DNA of 64,000 bases from Octopus sinensis (GCF_006345805.1 NC_043007.1:6572001-6636000), one strand, 5' to 3'. Positions 41,405 to 54,466 are shown, counted from the stretch's first letter. The notes: generated from the letters alone by a model not told the origin. Numbers and translations: made by a program.

Positions 41405-41586
41405 TCTAATCTAGGTGCAAGGGCTGAAGTTACGGTAGAGGGGCAGGTCGATTACATCGACCCATAGAAATCAGCTGGTCCTTGATTTACCGATCCCACA
41501 AAAAGTGGAAGGTAACGCCGACCTCGGATGCCTCCCATCTCAGAACGTAAAGATGTGGTCCGATAACTATTCAACCGGTTGCCGCC
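41405..41586 (-). mobile_element. Diverged SINE of the same family, tail-to-tail with 41131-41345
   Basis: GTCGATTACATCGACCC..GCCGACCTCGG..CTCAGAACGTAA..GCCGCC. Confidence 0.65.
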
Positions 41587-42645
41587 TTTGTCGCTCTTGA
41601 TAATAAGTTTATATATCGTGTAATTTGTTTGACTAGATTGCCTATTCTGTTTAACGAATTATGTTGACAGATACATATGTACATATACAAACAAGCCGTA
41701 CATCTGTGTCAGAATAAATATACTCATATAACATCCTGAAACGGCCGAAGAAAATTAATATATTTGAATATGAGATACCATGTTATGGATTCTAACTGTG
41801 TATATCTGAATGTCCTTTAAAAATATTGGTATGTACTTATGTAATAGTGGCCAATATTAACAATTTTTACGTCGAAAATCCCCGACTGAAAGGCAAGAAA
41901 ATTGCATAATCTCGTTTCATCTCTGCTATAAACATGAATCTTTGTGACTAAAGTAAAAGAAATCAATATAGATAAACGTTTTATGCTTCATAGTATCTTG
42001 AAAAAGTTGAATTAAGATTAACACAATTCTCTTCCAGCTATCTCAGAAGACTCGACTGTTTGCAGAAAGAAAAAAATATGGAAATTTAGCGTGAAGTAAA
42101 TGAAAAACCAAAGACAAAAAGTAAGAAAAAAAGTACAAAGAAAATAACAAACTCTAAGCAATATGGTGGCCGCTTGTCCATGTCAACACACAATTAACCC
42201 TCACTCGTTATCTATTTTGATCCAAACAACGAGGCTTATTATAGAAAGTAGATTATATCAGAATAATATTACGCTCACTTGAACATACACATCAATCACC
42301 AATACACTCACGCACACACACACACATACATATACTTCAGTTGGGATTATTCACACGAACGGCACACGTCCATATGATTACATGAATACATAGGCACAGA
42401 CACAAATACAAACACTCGCCCGAGCACAGACACATACGTACGCGCACACACGCAAACACACATACATACATATATGTATGTGTATGCATATATATGTAAT
42501 ATATATATATATATATATATATACATGTGTATGTGTATACATGTATATATGTATATGTATATATAAGTATGTGTATATATATAAATACATATACATATAT
42601 ACATGTATACACACATATATATGTATATATATATATATATATCTT

Positions 42646-42679
<34 letters not shown>

Positions 42680-42987
42680 ATATATACATATATATATGTA
42701 TATATATGTATTTTATATATATCTATATATAAAACTGAGAATGTGTGTGTGTGTCTGTCTGTATGTGTGAATCCCTAAAACTTGAGAACTACACAACCAA
42801 TTTCATTCAAATATAACACATGCCTCACTTAGGGTCCATGTAGTGTTATGGACAAAAAAAACTTTAACATCTTGCCTAGGGCGAGCCTAGGGCGAGCAAT
42901 GTCATATATTCTCCACTATTTCAGTATTACGTGTTAAAAGTGAAATAAAAACATCTCTCTATTGTATATATATATGGATGTATATAT

Positions 42988-43035
<48 letters not shown>

Positions 43036-43054
43036 TGTATATACTTGGATGTAT

Positions 43055-43109
<55 letters not shown>

Positions 43110-43881
43110 ATATACATGTATATATACAGACGTATATGTATAGATGTAGATATATATAGATGTACATGTAATATATATACACAGTTGAGTCACGCACTTC
43201 CAATTGCTATAGATTCGTAATGCATCTTTCGGCTGTATCTGTCACCTGGATGGTGAGGAATCCTATATTGGGAGTGATAACGACTAGGGTAGGGTAGCTG
43301 ACTGCTTATTGTGATCATTCGTCTTTTGGTTTCCTGTAGCTTTGCTCTCTTTTACAAACCCAGTGAACATATATTTCCTATTTCAAAGAAATTCAAACAA
43401 TAGATATAAGACCTAAGTTAAAAATATTCTCAACAATTCAAATTCTCTGGTTGACATTAAGATGCCCACCCCCAACAGGGGCCTTAACTCTCACATTTTA
43501 GAGCTCCATGACCTTCATTTTTCGGGAGCAAAATCTTTTTAACAGGTTCAATAAGACTGGAATTTTGGAATATGCACATGGAAAATCAGTAGTATGGGAT
43601 ACATGTGGCACGATTACAATTTGTATAGGGTGTGTAAAGAGGGAAATAACACTCATCTGCAATTTTCAGGAAATTCGAAACATAGATATTCTAGTTCATT
43701 AGAGAAATTATAACAGAAGAGTCTAATTCTTAAATTGTATGTAACACAGGCAACGCCGGATATCTCTACTGGTATACACACACACACACACACACACACT
43801 CATATATTTATTTCCGTAAACCTGCCTTCGTCTTCTGTCTATTTTCATAAAGCTCCCCGTTATATATATATATATATATAT

Positions 43882-43913
<32 letters not shown>

Positions 43914-43949
43914 CGGTCAGGCACAACATCGGTCATATATATATCGGTC

Positions 43950-44840
43950 GGTATGACATCGGTCAGGCACAACAACAACAACAACAGCCACAGCAACAAG
44001 AACAACAACAGCCACTCCTCAACTCTAACTTACTAGACGATTCACTAAATGCCAGTATCTTTTCACCGCTATCACAGCAACCACCACAATTATCATCATC
44101 ATCATCACCACCGCTGCCACCATCGTCTTCTATCACAAAAATACCAACAGAAAACCAAATAAGAAACCACTGCCCTCTTCCCCCACATCACCACCTCAAT
44201 ACTACTGCAGTAACAAAAACTTAAAGAAATATAGGAAGCAGAATGCGCCCCCCACGGCACAAACAAGAAATCCCCAAATATGCCGCTATTCACTGCGCCA
44301 GAGACTCTGCACAAATAGTGACTGCATCTTCACGCATCTACCCGGCACTAGACGCACTACCGGCCAAGGCCAAAGCACGCATCCCACAATAACATCAACA
44401 CCACCAAATAGTAAATCGAAATTCAAAACACACACAACTCGGAGTCCCAAAATCTGCCGGTATTCCCAACGTGAGAGAACATGTCTACTGAGTGACTGTC
44501 CCTTCACTCATCTTCCAGGGACCCGACGCACAAACAGAAACGGGGCCTCAAGCCAACACACAAACCTGAATAACAATAAAAATAGAAACACACCATGCTG
44601 CAGTAATGCTGGTCCAGTCTTTTCAGGAAGACACAAAAACAACAACAACAAAAGTGGAAACTACAACCCTATCCAACAGTGCAACCACACCTCCAGCCAA
44701 AAACTGCTCCCTAAGCAGGAAAATTCTTTTTAGCCATGTTGAACATGGCAAAAGAGATACACAAAAACATTCTAGCCATCACTCAACACCATCCTATGCT
44801 ATTACCCCAGTGCACCAATTCCCCACATTGCTGCCACTAA
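43950..44840 (+). pseudogene. LINE ORF1 remnant: Q/S/P-rich linker plus two C-x8-C-x4-C-x3-H zinc fingers
   Basis: ICRYSLRQRLCTNSDCIFTHLPGTRRT (C..H at 44281-44337) and ICRYSQRERTCLLSDCPFTHLPGTRRT (44455-44511). Apparent frameshifts lie near 44135 and 44730; the end is uncertain. Confidence 0.75.
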
Positions 44841-44899
44841 CACACACAAAAAATCCAAGCCCCCTGCAACAGTCAAAACCAGCCACTACACTAACCTCC

Positions 44900-47844
44900 A
44901 CATTCCTACTCAATGCACAAGGTGTCAGCCCTTCCATCAATGCACAAAAATGGAAGGTCCAATTCATTGAAGACTGGGTTGGTAACCATTCACACCACAT
45001 CCCTTCTTCATTCTCACTGAGACCCACCTTGACAACTCCCACTTGGAAGCCGAAGTGAGAGTGAAGAATTTCACAACCATCCGCGCGGATCGTATCGGCA
45101 GGAGGAAGGGTGGAACTGCCATTTTCCTGCATGATTCATTTACGGCAGATGGAAATAGTATATTCTCCAACGGCTACTGTGAATCAGTCACCGTGCACAA
45201 CAAAGCCAATGATCTGACAGTAATTGGACTCTATAGGCCGCCCCAAACACCCATACTGTGCTTTAAAGAATGCCTCAACAGCATTAAGTGCTTTATTCAA
45301 CAGTGCCATTCTAGCAACATACTCATGATGGGAGACTTCAATCTACCTGTGTTGACTGGACTACAAACTGTTTGAAACCAAGCACTCCCGCCTCAACCGC
45401 TGACAAAGAAGCAGCAGAGTCACTTTTCGACTTTACGAATGAGTTTTTCTTGTCCCAACTTGTCCTTGCACCAACAAGACATCAGAACATTTTGGACCTA
45501 GTGTTTAGTAACCACACTAACACTATACATAACGTTACAGTGGAAAAAACCCTTCTTTCAGACCATGACATGGTTCTCTGTAACATGAAATTCCACCAGC
45601 CGAAAGCTAATCCTAGTGACCTTCCTCCAGCCCACCCATTTGACAACATGGATCTCCATAAAGCCAACTGGGATGCAATCAGGAACGAGCTATCAATGTT
45701 GACTGGTCCTTTACACATACACACATCTCCACCAACCATAAAACATCTTGGCAGATCTTTGTAGACACCGTCACAGACATATGTGCAAAACACTCCCCAC
45801 CAAGACCTGTGAACAAAAAGTGCAGAATCCCCCAAAACAGAAAAACCATTATCAGAAAAATAAAAAGAACAAACAAAAAAATTAACAAACTAAAGTACTG
45901 CCAACAGCAACACACACATTCGACAGCTATCGCACTGCTTGAATCCAAAAAATATAACCTCCAACAATGCATGAAGTCCCTCATCAATAACCAAAGATCA
46001 GCTGAGGAGAAGTGGGCCATTGAAAAAATCAAACTCAACCCCAAAGTGTTCTTTTCATTTGCGAGGAAACGCAGGGTCACTGTCTCCACTGTAGGCCCTC
46101 TAATTGACGAAACTGGCACTCTCCAAGATAATGCCAAATCCATGGCCGAGATACTGCAGAAACAATACTGCTCTGTTTTCAGCAATCCTGATATGGCCGA
46201 TCTGGGCTGTATCAGTGATGTCAACCCCCAACACACTATATCGGACATAACGTTTAGTGCCCCTGATGTCTTAGCGGCGATAAACGAAATAAAACACAAT
46301 TCAGCAGTAGGCCCCGATAGGTTCCCTGCTTGTGTCCTGAAGGTGTGTCGACACCAACTTGCATCTCCCCTTGCTAATCTGTGGAGAAACTCACTGGATG
46401 CTGGCTATATTCCAAAAAACCTTCTGTCCCAGTCTGTTGTCCCAGTTTTCAAAAAGGGAAACAAGTCCCTTGCAGTGAATTACCGTCCGATCTCACTCAC
46501 CTCTCATATCATCAAGGTATTTGAGAGGGTGGTGAGATCTCAAATAACCCAATTTCTGGAAAGCAACAGACGGCTGATCTCCAACCAACATGGGTTCCGT
46601 AATGGAAGGGACTGCCTAACGCAGCTCCTGCATCACTTTGAGGACATTTTGAGAGCTTTGGGAGAGGGCTCCAACACCGATGTCATCTACCTTGATTTCA
46701 GTAAGGCCTTCGACAGGGTCGATCACAAGATCCTATTGAAAAAACTATCCAACATTGGTGTCTCTGGAAAGTTACTGAAATGGATTAAGTGTTTCCTGAC
46801 AGACAGATCTCAACATGTTGTAGTTGAAGGGGTAAAATCAAGCCCAGCCAAAGTCAGTAGTGGCGTTCCGCAAGGCACTGTGCTGGGCCCACTTCTTTTC
46901 ATCATTTACATTAATGACATTAATGACATCATCAAGCACAGCAACATAAAAATCTTTGCAGATGACTCCAAGCTACAGAAGGTCATAAATGAGGCGAGTG
47001 ACCGGACATGCCTTCAGTCAGATCTACTGGCTGTTATCCAATGGGCAGAAAAAAACAATATGCTGCTGAACGAGGATAAATTTGAGCTAATCCACTTTGG
47101 AAAAGAGGATGCCCTGAAACTCCCATACTCCCTTCCTTCAGGTGAAACTCTCACGGCGTCCAACAACATCAGAGACTTGGGAGTAATTGTGGACAACAAC
47201 GTAAGCTGGGCCACTCATATAAACACCAAAGTTGACATGGCCCGCAGAATGTGTTCCTGGATTCTCAGAACTTTCCAGTCGAGAGATATCCACACCATTA
47301 TCCTTCTCTTCTCCACTTTTGCCCGACCCCACCTTGAATACTGTTGTCCACTGTGGTCTCCCCACACAATACAAGGTATCATAAAAGTCGAAGCACCTCA
47401 AAGGGCAATCACAAAAAAGATAGATGGCATGACAGGCCTCGACTATTGGGGTCGACTAGAAAAGCTAAAACTCTATTCTCTCCAACGTCGTCGTGAGCGC
47501 TACATCATCTGCATGATGTGGAAAATATTCCATCAGCATTGCCCAAATGATGTTGGCATCACCTTTAAGGTACATCCAAGGCTTGGGCCCCGTGCCATCC
47601 GCCCAAAACAAAAATCGCACTCTCATCTCATAACAACAATACGGCACAATTATTTCACCTCAATTGGCCCCGCTCTCTTTAACATTACACCAAAACGCAT
47701 TAAAACAGAAAAACTGACCCTATAGGGTTCAAGAAGTCTTTGGACAGATTCCTTCAAGAAATCCCGGATAAACCCCCTACACCCGGATATGTCTCTGTAA
47801 ACAATAACTCTCTACTTGAGTGGGCCATAGTGCCCAAATTCTGA
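44900..47844 (+). CDS. LINE ORF2: apurinic-like endonuclease plus reverse transcriptase (4 apparent -1 frameshifts in this assembly)
   Basis: APE motifs LNAQG, TETHL, RADR..GGTAI, YRPP, GDFN, LDLVFSN and SDH. RT motifs YRPISLT, QHGFR, YLDFSKAFDRVDH, GVPQGTVLGP, FADDSKL and RDLGV. The C-terminus FKKSLDRFLQEIPDKPPTPGY..NSLLEW ends at TGA 47842-47844. Confidence 0.92.
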
Positions 47845-47933
47845 CTTGAAAGACTTCACCAGGTGGTGCTATTAAGTTAGACATGGCCTGGGCCAATAAT
47901 GGCCGAAACCTATCAAAGTATCAAAGTATCAAA

Positions 47934-47985
<52 letters not shown>

Positions 47986-48128
47986 ATGTATGTATGCGCG
48001 GACTCTTTCGTATATGCATTATGGCTACGATTTTTCCGAGCGTGTGTACTTGTACTTTTGCGTATATGCACAGACATTGGATCTTATAACACAATTAGGA
48101 GAGCGAGAGTGAGAAAGAGTGAGAGACA

Positions 48129-48163
<35 letters not shown>

Positions 48164-48845
48164 GGGTGTTGGAGAGAGGAGGCAGTCCGGTGGAGCTGCA
48201 GACTAAATCTAGTTTTACCAATCGACTTCATCGGTCGGTAATATATTAACCACTTCTTTGTAGCGATGTTTGTGTATAACAACGTTGGCATGTAATTGAT
48301 CAGCAAACGAATAAATCCAATTTTTATTCAATGCACTTATTAGTTTTAGACAAGGAAATTCTGAAACTGATATATCTAACCGCGCGCACACACAAACACA
48401 CATATATGTACATACACGCTCCTACACACACACGCACGCAGATAGAAATATGTATAATGCATATGCAGAAAAGCATATTTACAAACAGGTACACATTCAT
48501 ATAGGGTCATAAATACACACACAAACACACACACTAACACATATATGTATATACATATACAAATATACACATACATCCATATATGTGACAAGCCACATAC
48601 TCACAGATCTGCACACATACACGTACACACAGATATTCAACACAATCATTTCATAGTACTTTGGATGTGTATATCTGTATCAATGTGTGTTGGCGTTTAT
48701 GGTTAATGGCGGAGATTGCCGTTGTCAAGAAATCTGAGACGCAGAATATTTTGATTAATTACAAGAAATATCGATACGGCCATATTCATACACCTAAATA
48801 GACGCGCGCAAACACGCACACACGGATCTAACATATGCATGGAAG

Positions 48846-48876
<31 letters not shown>

Positions 48877-48952
48877 TATATATACATATATGTATGTGTG
48901 TATGTATGTGTGTATGTATTTTCCCCTTGTGGGCAATAAAGAAATAAGGAAG

Positions 48953-48983
<31 letters not shown>

Positions 48984-50305
48984 TTTAATCGTTCTTCTGT
49001 GTGTTTGTATGTTTGCTCATGTGTCTCTGAACGTGTGGCGGGTTATGTGTTTGCATCTGTCGACTACACACATATTTCTTTTGCTATGGAAGCATATGTA
49101 AAGCAAGCGAAAAGCAGGCGATTATTCAATTGTTTACCGGTGATAATTGTTTCTTTGGTTGTGGAGGGAGCAGAAACCAACTGTACATACGATATAATGT
49201 GTTTGTTGATTCTCTTGTTGCTGTCAATGTTGTTGTCGTTATTTTCCTTTCTCCAGTTGGGTTTTGAACCAGCTGATATTTGGCGGAAAGCATTCCAGCC
49301 TTGGCAAAATCATATCTTTATAAAAGTATTATATTGTAATATCTCCTTCCCTTTTAAATAGTTACTGTGTGATTAAGGGGAAGTTGTCTGCTATTTTTAG
49401 CAGGACGTGAAACCAGTTAAAGCCTCAGCGGTTGAAGCGACATAAAAATTGTTCGTCTTTACTTCATCGTCTCAAATTATTTTATGATATTTATAAAACT
49501 GTAAGTTTGGAAGTTAAGCGTCTGCTATTTGACGCAAGAAAGCACTGATTGTTTGAGCGAGAATTGTTATGCATTCGATACACTCCTAAAACTAATATTT
49601 TAAACTACTTTGATATTAAAGTGCTTTAGCAAACTGAGATTAATACCCTGTAAACATTCTGTCATATTAGCCCATTTTCTATTTTGGAAAGGCAGTTATT
49701 AAATAGGACGATGAAAATAATTACAAATGATTTAATAGTAACTTCGTCACCACACGTTCAAAATGTTAAGAAGTAGCGCCTTTTGCGTAAGTTCGCCTGT
49801 AAATATTAGTGTTGAATGGAACAAACTTTATGATTTCCTTTTATAGTATATTTATATCTGTCAGATTCGGTTTTTTACCATATTATTTTAGTTAGAAGAA
49901 GCATAATAGCGTGATAGAGCGTCGTGTAAACCGTCGACTGGTACATGTTACGGGTTTTTACGCTTTTCTAATTGAAATTGTACCGGTGTCATATTTGCCT
50001 TTCATCCCTTTTGAGTCGATAAAGCTACAAGTCGAGTAATGGGACGATTTAATCGAGTAATTCCGCAAGAGAATTTCGTGTCCCCTGTCTATTTTATGAA
50101 TTATTTTAGAGGTAGGTGGAAGTGGAGGAGGAGAAAGATGCGATGTAGCTTTCATTTCACAATGGTTGCATAATTTTGTGTTCAGGGATATCTACGTGAT
50201 TTACATTGAATTCGATCTGTAGGGAGGTGTCAGAAAATAAGGTGGACACAGAATGTTTTTGATTTTTGACAATGAATAATGGTGCAAAGACTTTCATACA
50301 TTCTA

Positions 50306-51532
50306 TTGGGTTGGCAACTAAGTTCGCACGGTTTTTTAAAGTCTAAATTTTTTTTAAAGAATTAATAAAAAATAACAACTAATTAATCAATCATGTATTC
50401 ACCCTTGTTGTTCACAACTTCTTCCCAACTTTCAACAAGATTTTCAATACCTCGATGGTAGAAATCACCCGACTTCGACTTGAAAAATCGATCCAACCAA
50501 GCTCTCAGTTGTGCATCAGTATTGAACGAAACTACGCGCATAGTATTTGAAAGAGATGAAAAGAGGTGGGAATCCGTTGGTGCCAAATCAAGAGATCACG
50601 GCGGATGTAGCAGCACTTCCTAGCCATGCGTTTGAATGGCTTCCTGTGGTCATATTAGCAATATGATGGCGAGCGTTGTCGTGCAGCATCAGAACTCCAT
50701 GCTGCTGATTAGGTTTTTTCTCTTCAATAGCCGTGTTGAGTCTTTCCATCTGTGGAACATAGAGTTCCGCGTTGACTGTTTGGTTCCGTTCAAGCAATTT
50801 GTAATGGATAATCCCTTCCCACTCCCACCATACGCACAACATCGTTTCACGCGGATGAAGATCTGGTTTCACGCGCGGTTTCGCTGGTTGACTGGGGGGT
50901 TTAGCCATTCGTTACGCTGCTTCATACTGACGTACACTCACCATTTTCCGTTGCCAGTAACGATTCGGTAAAGAAACCGCTGATTGTGTCCAAGAGTTGA
51001 GCGGTGACGAGCAAACAAATCAGCGGAGATTGTGGATCATTGATTTTTGTTGTTGTCACTTAAAGCATGCTGAACCCATGATCCATAATTCTGAACCTTT
51101 CCCATCGAGTGAAGATGCTTCTCTATAGCAGTGTGGGAGCATTCCATTTTCTCTGCCAGTTCCCTTGTCGTTTGACGAGAATTTTCGTGCAAAAGTTGGG
51201 TAAATCGCTCTTCATCGAACTCAACTGGATGGCCAGAACTTGGTGCGTCTTTCAGGTCAAAATATCCATTTTTGAAATTGGCATACCAATCACGAGCGGT
51301 TCTTTCAGTTATAGCACCTTCTCCATACACTTGTTTTCTTAACTTTACATTCCATTTAAAAGATATGAAAATAAACAAAAAATTAACTAAAATTAACCAG
51401 AAAAAAAAACAAACAAAATGGATTCCAACATGATTCAAAAATAGATTTCTCGAAAAAAATAAATTCCAAAATTTAAAAACGCAATAAATTTCAAAATGTA
51501 ACAATACGGCGGGAATTTAGTTGCCAACCCAA
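50306..51532 (-). mobile_element. Full-length inactive mariner (cecropia/Hsmar1-like subfamily) with TIRs and TA target-site duplication
   Basis: TIR TTGGGTTGGCAACTAA(G/A)TTC at both ends, with TA at 50304-50305 and 51533-51534. Transposase 51355 to 50383 has WVQHAL (WVPHEL), VTGNGKW (first D mutated), HDNAR and DLAPTDSHLF, plus stops and frameshifts. Confidence 0.93.
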
Positions 51533-51914
51533 TAAATAAATCATACTTATATGCAGTTACACACTGAGAGACACAACGTACATGTATATGCGTGTGTGAG
51601 TCTGTGACTATGTTGTGGAGCCAAGGGATTTCTGTCTCTGTGGAAGAATAATGTGGCCAGAGATAAAACGAGAATTTTGAGATAGAAAAAAATTTTAAAA
51701 AGTATCGGCTCGGTCCGTATATTTGGAAGTCAGTTTTCGGGTTCAGAACTACAGAATGCATTGTGAAAGCAGAAGGAACAAAAAAGAGATTAAAAGATAC
51801 AAGAAAGAACTGGGAATCTGAACCAGTAGCGACCAGTTTTTGTAACTGAGTATTCAACAGTGAGTAGACAGGACGTAAATTAAATGTGTGTGTTTGTAGC
51901 CTTGGAACTGTCCG

Positions 51915-52062
<148 letters not shown>

Positions 52063-52543
52063 TGCAAGTTCAATGTAGGTCACACTGTTATTATTGAGGG
52101 ATAATGATTGATTCAAATTAATGCTTTTTATCCAAATAAATTTCACAGACGTTCGAATGTTGCTGCCGACAAATGCGGATCCTCATAAACAACATCATTA
52201 TTTTAAAATATGATAATGGGATTATTAACATCAACATATATTTCTTTCAGTAAATCGATAAGTATGAGAATTCGATACGGGATCATGGTCTATAAAACAG
52301 TATCAATCGACTATTATATCAGACTTACCCTCGTTAATATTCGCCAGCATTCGTTATCAATGTTAAGTCGACTATCAAACAGAACTTCTAGACGAGTTTT
52401 GCTTTCGTTCATCGAACGCAGTATTTATTTACATCTTCCTTAGTGAATTATTTCTTTTTTGCAAGATATTTTTTCTCCTCAGATGGCAACTGTTGATTAT
52501 AGATATTATTTTCTTTGGCAGCAATTAACTATTCATAATCTAT

Positions 52544-52604
<61 letters not shown>

Positions 52605-53121
52605 TCTCTCTCGTCTCTCGTCTCTCGTACATAACTGAACGTTTATTACTCCTCTCTGAAAATCACTGTGCATAATATATCATACAATAAAGTTTCATAA
52701 AAATAAATGCCATTAAAATTTATACACAAACCAAGAAATATAATAATCTAAAAAAATATACACCACCTCAATTAACGAACAACAGATGGTGGTGGATGAC
52801 GGTCATTGACGATGCAATCACTTGGGTGTTCGGTTGATTTAACGTGCAAGTAGCTGAGGGTTCCGCAGACGTATTTACTCCTAAATGAAATCCTCAGACA
52901 GAATCAGCGTGATAGAGTGTGGCTGTATCAGAGGATTAGCGTTCCTTATATATTTTTTAGGAGTTCCTATCCAATTTCATTTATTATTTAATCTATTATT
53001 AATATATTTTAATTAGACATAATTAAGTTTTATTTCTTTTCTTTTTCATTCGTTTAAATGAAGTGAAGTCAATAAAGTACATGTAGGTTGTTTTTTAACA
53101 AAACAGAAAATGTATCCTTTG

Positions 53122-53283
53122 TACTCTAGGCACAGGGTGAGTAAATTCGGTGAAGGATCTCACGGTTCGACTGGTAATTATTTTAGCGATTTGCAGAAGA
53201 ATGACCAGCTCTACCTGGATGGGGTTTGAACGCAGAACGTAGCGAGCAAGAAGAAGTGCTAACCATTCTGCAAGCTCACCCCC
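53122..53283 (-). mobile_element. Diverged SINE (GGCGGCGAGCTGGCAGAA family)
   Basis: TTTGAACGCAGAACGTAGC..GTGCTAACCATTCTGCAAGCTCACC. Confidence 0.65.
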
Positions 53284-53384
53284 ATTAACACGGAAAATGT
53301 ATAGCAGCACTTTGAATTTTGAATTTTGAATTTAGAAATCCACTTGCATTTATGTTCATATCCTATATTTGAAAAATATATAAA

Positions 53385-53542
53385 GGCGTAGGAGTGGCTT
53401 AGATGTAAGAAGCCTGCTTCCCAACTACATGGTTCCGGGTTCAGTCCCATCGCATGGCAGCTTGGGCAAGTGTATTCTACTATAGCCTCGAGCCGAGCAA
53501 AACCTTGTGAGTGGATTTGGTAGACGGAAACTAAAAGAAGCT

Positions 53543-53576
<34 letters not shown>

Positions 53577-53753
53577 GCGTGTTTTTGTTATTTGTATTTG
53601 TCCCCCCACCATCGCTTGACAACTGTTGTTGGTACGGTTACGTCCCCGTCAGCTAGCGGTTCGGCAAAAAGTACCGATAGAATTAGTACCAGGCTTACAA
53701 ACAATAAGTTCTGGGGTCGATTTAATCGACCAAAGCAGGTGAAAGTAAAATAA
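53385..53753 (+). mobile_element. Full-length composite tRNA-derived SINE (head, TA/TG spacer, second domain)
   Basis: GGCGTAGGAGTGGC..AAGAAG (A-box), GGTTCAGTCCC (B-box), GTGAGTGGATTTGGTAGACGGAAACT, microsatellite spacer, then CGCTTGACAAC..ACGTCCCCGT..AGCGGTTCGGCAAAAAG. Confidence 0.88.
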
Positions 53754-53770
53754 TACATACAAAGAACATA

Positions 53771-53990
53771 TACATTATTTACATTTGGCCGATGTTTGTC
53801 CTCATCTTGTTTGTTATTAACACTCCAGCCTTTATCAGGTGTCCTGGGGGAAATTTCGAGCTTGAGGAAGGCTGGAGGATATATCAACCGAAACGTTGTG
53901 TTAACAACAACCAAGATGAGATCAAATACCGTCAAATGTAAATAATATAAATAATGTACATAATTCCTCATCTCTTAAATATAGAACTGT
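53771..53990. mobile_element. Inverted-repeat Penelope-derived element with hammerhead-like motifs in both arms
   Basis: 53771-53839 and 53862-53949 are imperfect reverse complements. The right arm reads TTGAGGA-AGGCTGG..CAACC-GAAACGTT-GTGT; the left arm (minus strand) reads GACAC-CTGATAA-AGGCTGGA. Confidence 0.7.
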
Positions 53991-54466
53991 ATTATACTAA
54001 GGACATCGTTCGGAAACTTGAAATTGAAGTGACGATCACGACTTGAAGAAACCCCAGTAGAGATTACATCGCGAAACACGGTGATTTTTGGTTAATACAT
54101 ACTTGCTAATATTTCGAAATGCAAATGAATGTATACAAAATTATGCCAAGTTACAGCTCTTCTAATTAATATTAATATTCATATAACAAGTGGACGGCTA
54201 ATTAGCACCAGCCAATAAACCAGCGAGGTAAATGGTTTGTAATGAAAATTCTGTTGAGGTCGATTCTGGTCACAGTAGAGAATATCAGTAAATTACTACC
54301 GATGTCATTCCGACCGTTAATATTCATTCCTCAGTAAATATTGGTTTAACATCTCGTCGAAATATACCAATAATGATATGTTGACTCATAAGATATATTA
54401 TAAAGATTTATGCGCAACTTATTGATTGGAATTCAGATTTAGGAATATGATATATACGAAGCTGAT

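Larger units (their letters stand above)
43912..47934 (+). mobile_element. 5'-truncated CR1/L2-group LINE, ~4.0 kb, inserted in (TA)n
   Basis: Partial ORF1, APE and RT, with a 3' tail (TATCAAAG)x3 at 47911-47934 and (TA)n on both sides. Confidence 0.95.

Noticed and set aside
53122-53753. Head-to-head SINE pair as a dsRNA source
   Set aside because: The two SINEs belong to different families and their heads are not complementary.
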